DNA of 64,000 nt from the human T2T-CHM13v2.0 reference genome, Homo sapiens. Where the stretch lies: NCBI RefSeq assembly GCF_009914755.1, contig NC_060929.1; one strand, written 5' to 3'. The notes beneath the pieces were generated by a model that was given only the letters and a program-made list of their open reading frames with translations, searched no databases and was not told the DNA's origin. The translations under genes and the position numbers were made by a program. Below are positions 62,473 to 64,000 of the stretch, one piece after another. Position 1 is the stretch's first letter. The number at the start of each line of letters is the position of its first letter.

Positions 62473-64000
62473 TGTATTAGTCTGTTTTCATGCTGATAAT
62501 AAAGACATACCAAAGACTGGGTAATTTATAAAGAAAAGAGGTTTAATGGACTCACAGTTCAACCTGGTTGGGAGGCCTCACGATCATGGTGGAAGGCAAA
62601 GGAGAAACAAAATCACATCTTACATGGTGGCAGGCAGGAGAGCTTGTGCAGGGGAACTCCCATTTATAAAACTATTAGATCTCATGAGACTTATTCACTA
62701 TGATGAGAACAGTATGGGGAATCATGCCCCCATGATTCAATTATCTCTACCTGGCCCTGCCCTTTACAGATGAGGATTATTAAAATTCAATCAAATTAAA
62801 ATTCAAGGTGAGATTTGGGTGGGATCACAGAGCCAACCCTATTATTCTGCCCTTGGTACCTCACAAATCTAATGTCCTCACATTTAAAAACACAATCATG
62901 CCCTTCCAACAGTCCCCCAGAGTCTTAATTCATTCCAGCATTAACCCAAAAGTCCAAGTCCAAAGTCTCATCTGAGACAAGCCAAGTTTCTTTTGCTTAT
63001 GAGCCTGTAAAATCAAAGGTAAGTTAGTTACTTCCAAGATACAATGAGGGTACAGGTATTGGATAAATACACCTATTCCAAATTGGAGAAATTCGCCAAA
63101 GAAAAGCCACTACAGGTCCCATGCAAGTCTGAAATCCAATGGGGCAGTCATTAAAACTTTAAAGTTATTTGACTTCATGTCTCACATCCAGGTCATGCTG
63201 ATGCAAGAGATGGGCTCCCATGGACTTGGGCAGCTCTGCCCTTGTGGCTTTTCATGGTACAGCTCCTCTCCTGGCTTCTTTCACAGGCTGGTGATGAGTG
63301 TTTGTGGCTTTTCCAGTGCATAGTGCAAACTGTCAGTGGATCTACTGTTCTGAGGTCTAGAGGACAGTGGCCCTCTTCTCACAGCTCCAGTAGGCAGTGC
63401 CCCTTTGGGGACTCTGTATGGGGGCTTCAACCCCACATTTACTTTCTACACTGCCCTAGCAAAGGTTTTCCATGAGGGCTCAGACTTGTAGCAAACCTCT
63501 GCCTGGATATCCAGGCTTTCCATCCATTCTGTGTAGTCTAGGTGGAAGTTTTCAAACCTCAATTATTGACTTCTCTTCACCCACAGATACACCACCACAT
63601 GTAAGCCACCAAGGCTTGGGGTTTGCACCCTCTGAAGCAATGGTCTGAGCTGGACATTGGCCCCTTTTATTCACAACTGAAGCTGAAGCAGCTGGGATGC
63701 AGGGCACCGTGTCCTGAGGCTGCATAGAGCAGGGAAGCCATGGACCCAACCCATGAAACCATGTTTCCCTCCTAGGCCTCCAGGCCTGTGATGGGAAGGG
63801 GTGCAGTGAAGTTCTTTGACATACCTTGGAGGCATTTTCCCTGTTGTCATGGTGATTAACATTTGGCTCCTTGTTACTTATGCAAGTTTTTGCAGCCAGC
63901 TTGAATTTCTCCCCCCAAAATGGATTTTTTTTTTCTATCACATCATCAGGCTGCAAAATGTCCACAATTTTATACTCTGCTTCCTCTTGAATGACTTGCC
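62473..64000 (-). mobile_element. THE1C/D-like LTR (62473 to about 62845) plus internal region running off the window
   Basis: tgtattagtctg LTR start; internal region similar to 35683-36900; MaLR ORF-like EKFKLAAKTCISNKEPNVNHHD. Confidence 0.92.

Overview
Primate (very probably human) AT-rich, repeat-dense genomic DNA that looks intronic or intergenic. I find no protein-coding exon I can support. The ORF track consists of short chance ORFs and decayed TE-derived ORFs. Main contents: a near full-length, dead L1PA8-type LINE-1 (16833-23341); a truncated Tigger1; five THE1 LTRs, two with internal sequence; LTR8A, LTR47, LTR16/ERV3-16A3, LTR33 and MLT1 elements; hAT-Charlie and Tigger MITEs; about 12 Alus; and many L2, MIR and L1M relics. 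The most interesting features are structural: (1) a 224-bp piece of the L1's own ORF2 pasted into its ORF1; (2) a 0.9-kb L1 with both termini intact and the middle missing, inside a single TSD; (3) a tiny TPT1 3'UTR retrocopy; (4) four independent insertions stacked within about 50 bp of an old L1M; (5) a 275-bp non-tandem local duplication. I see no evidence of a novel gene system. Subfamily names come from my recall of consensus sequences, not from a database run, and boundaries of old repeats are approximate.
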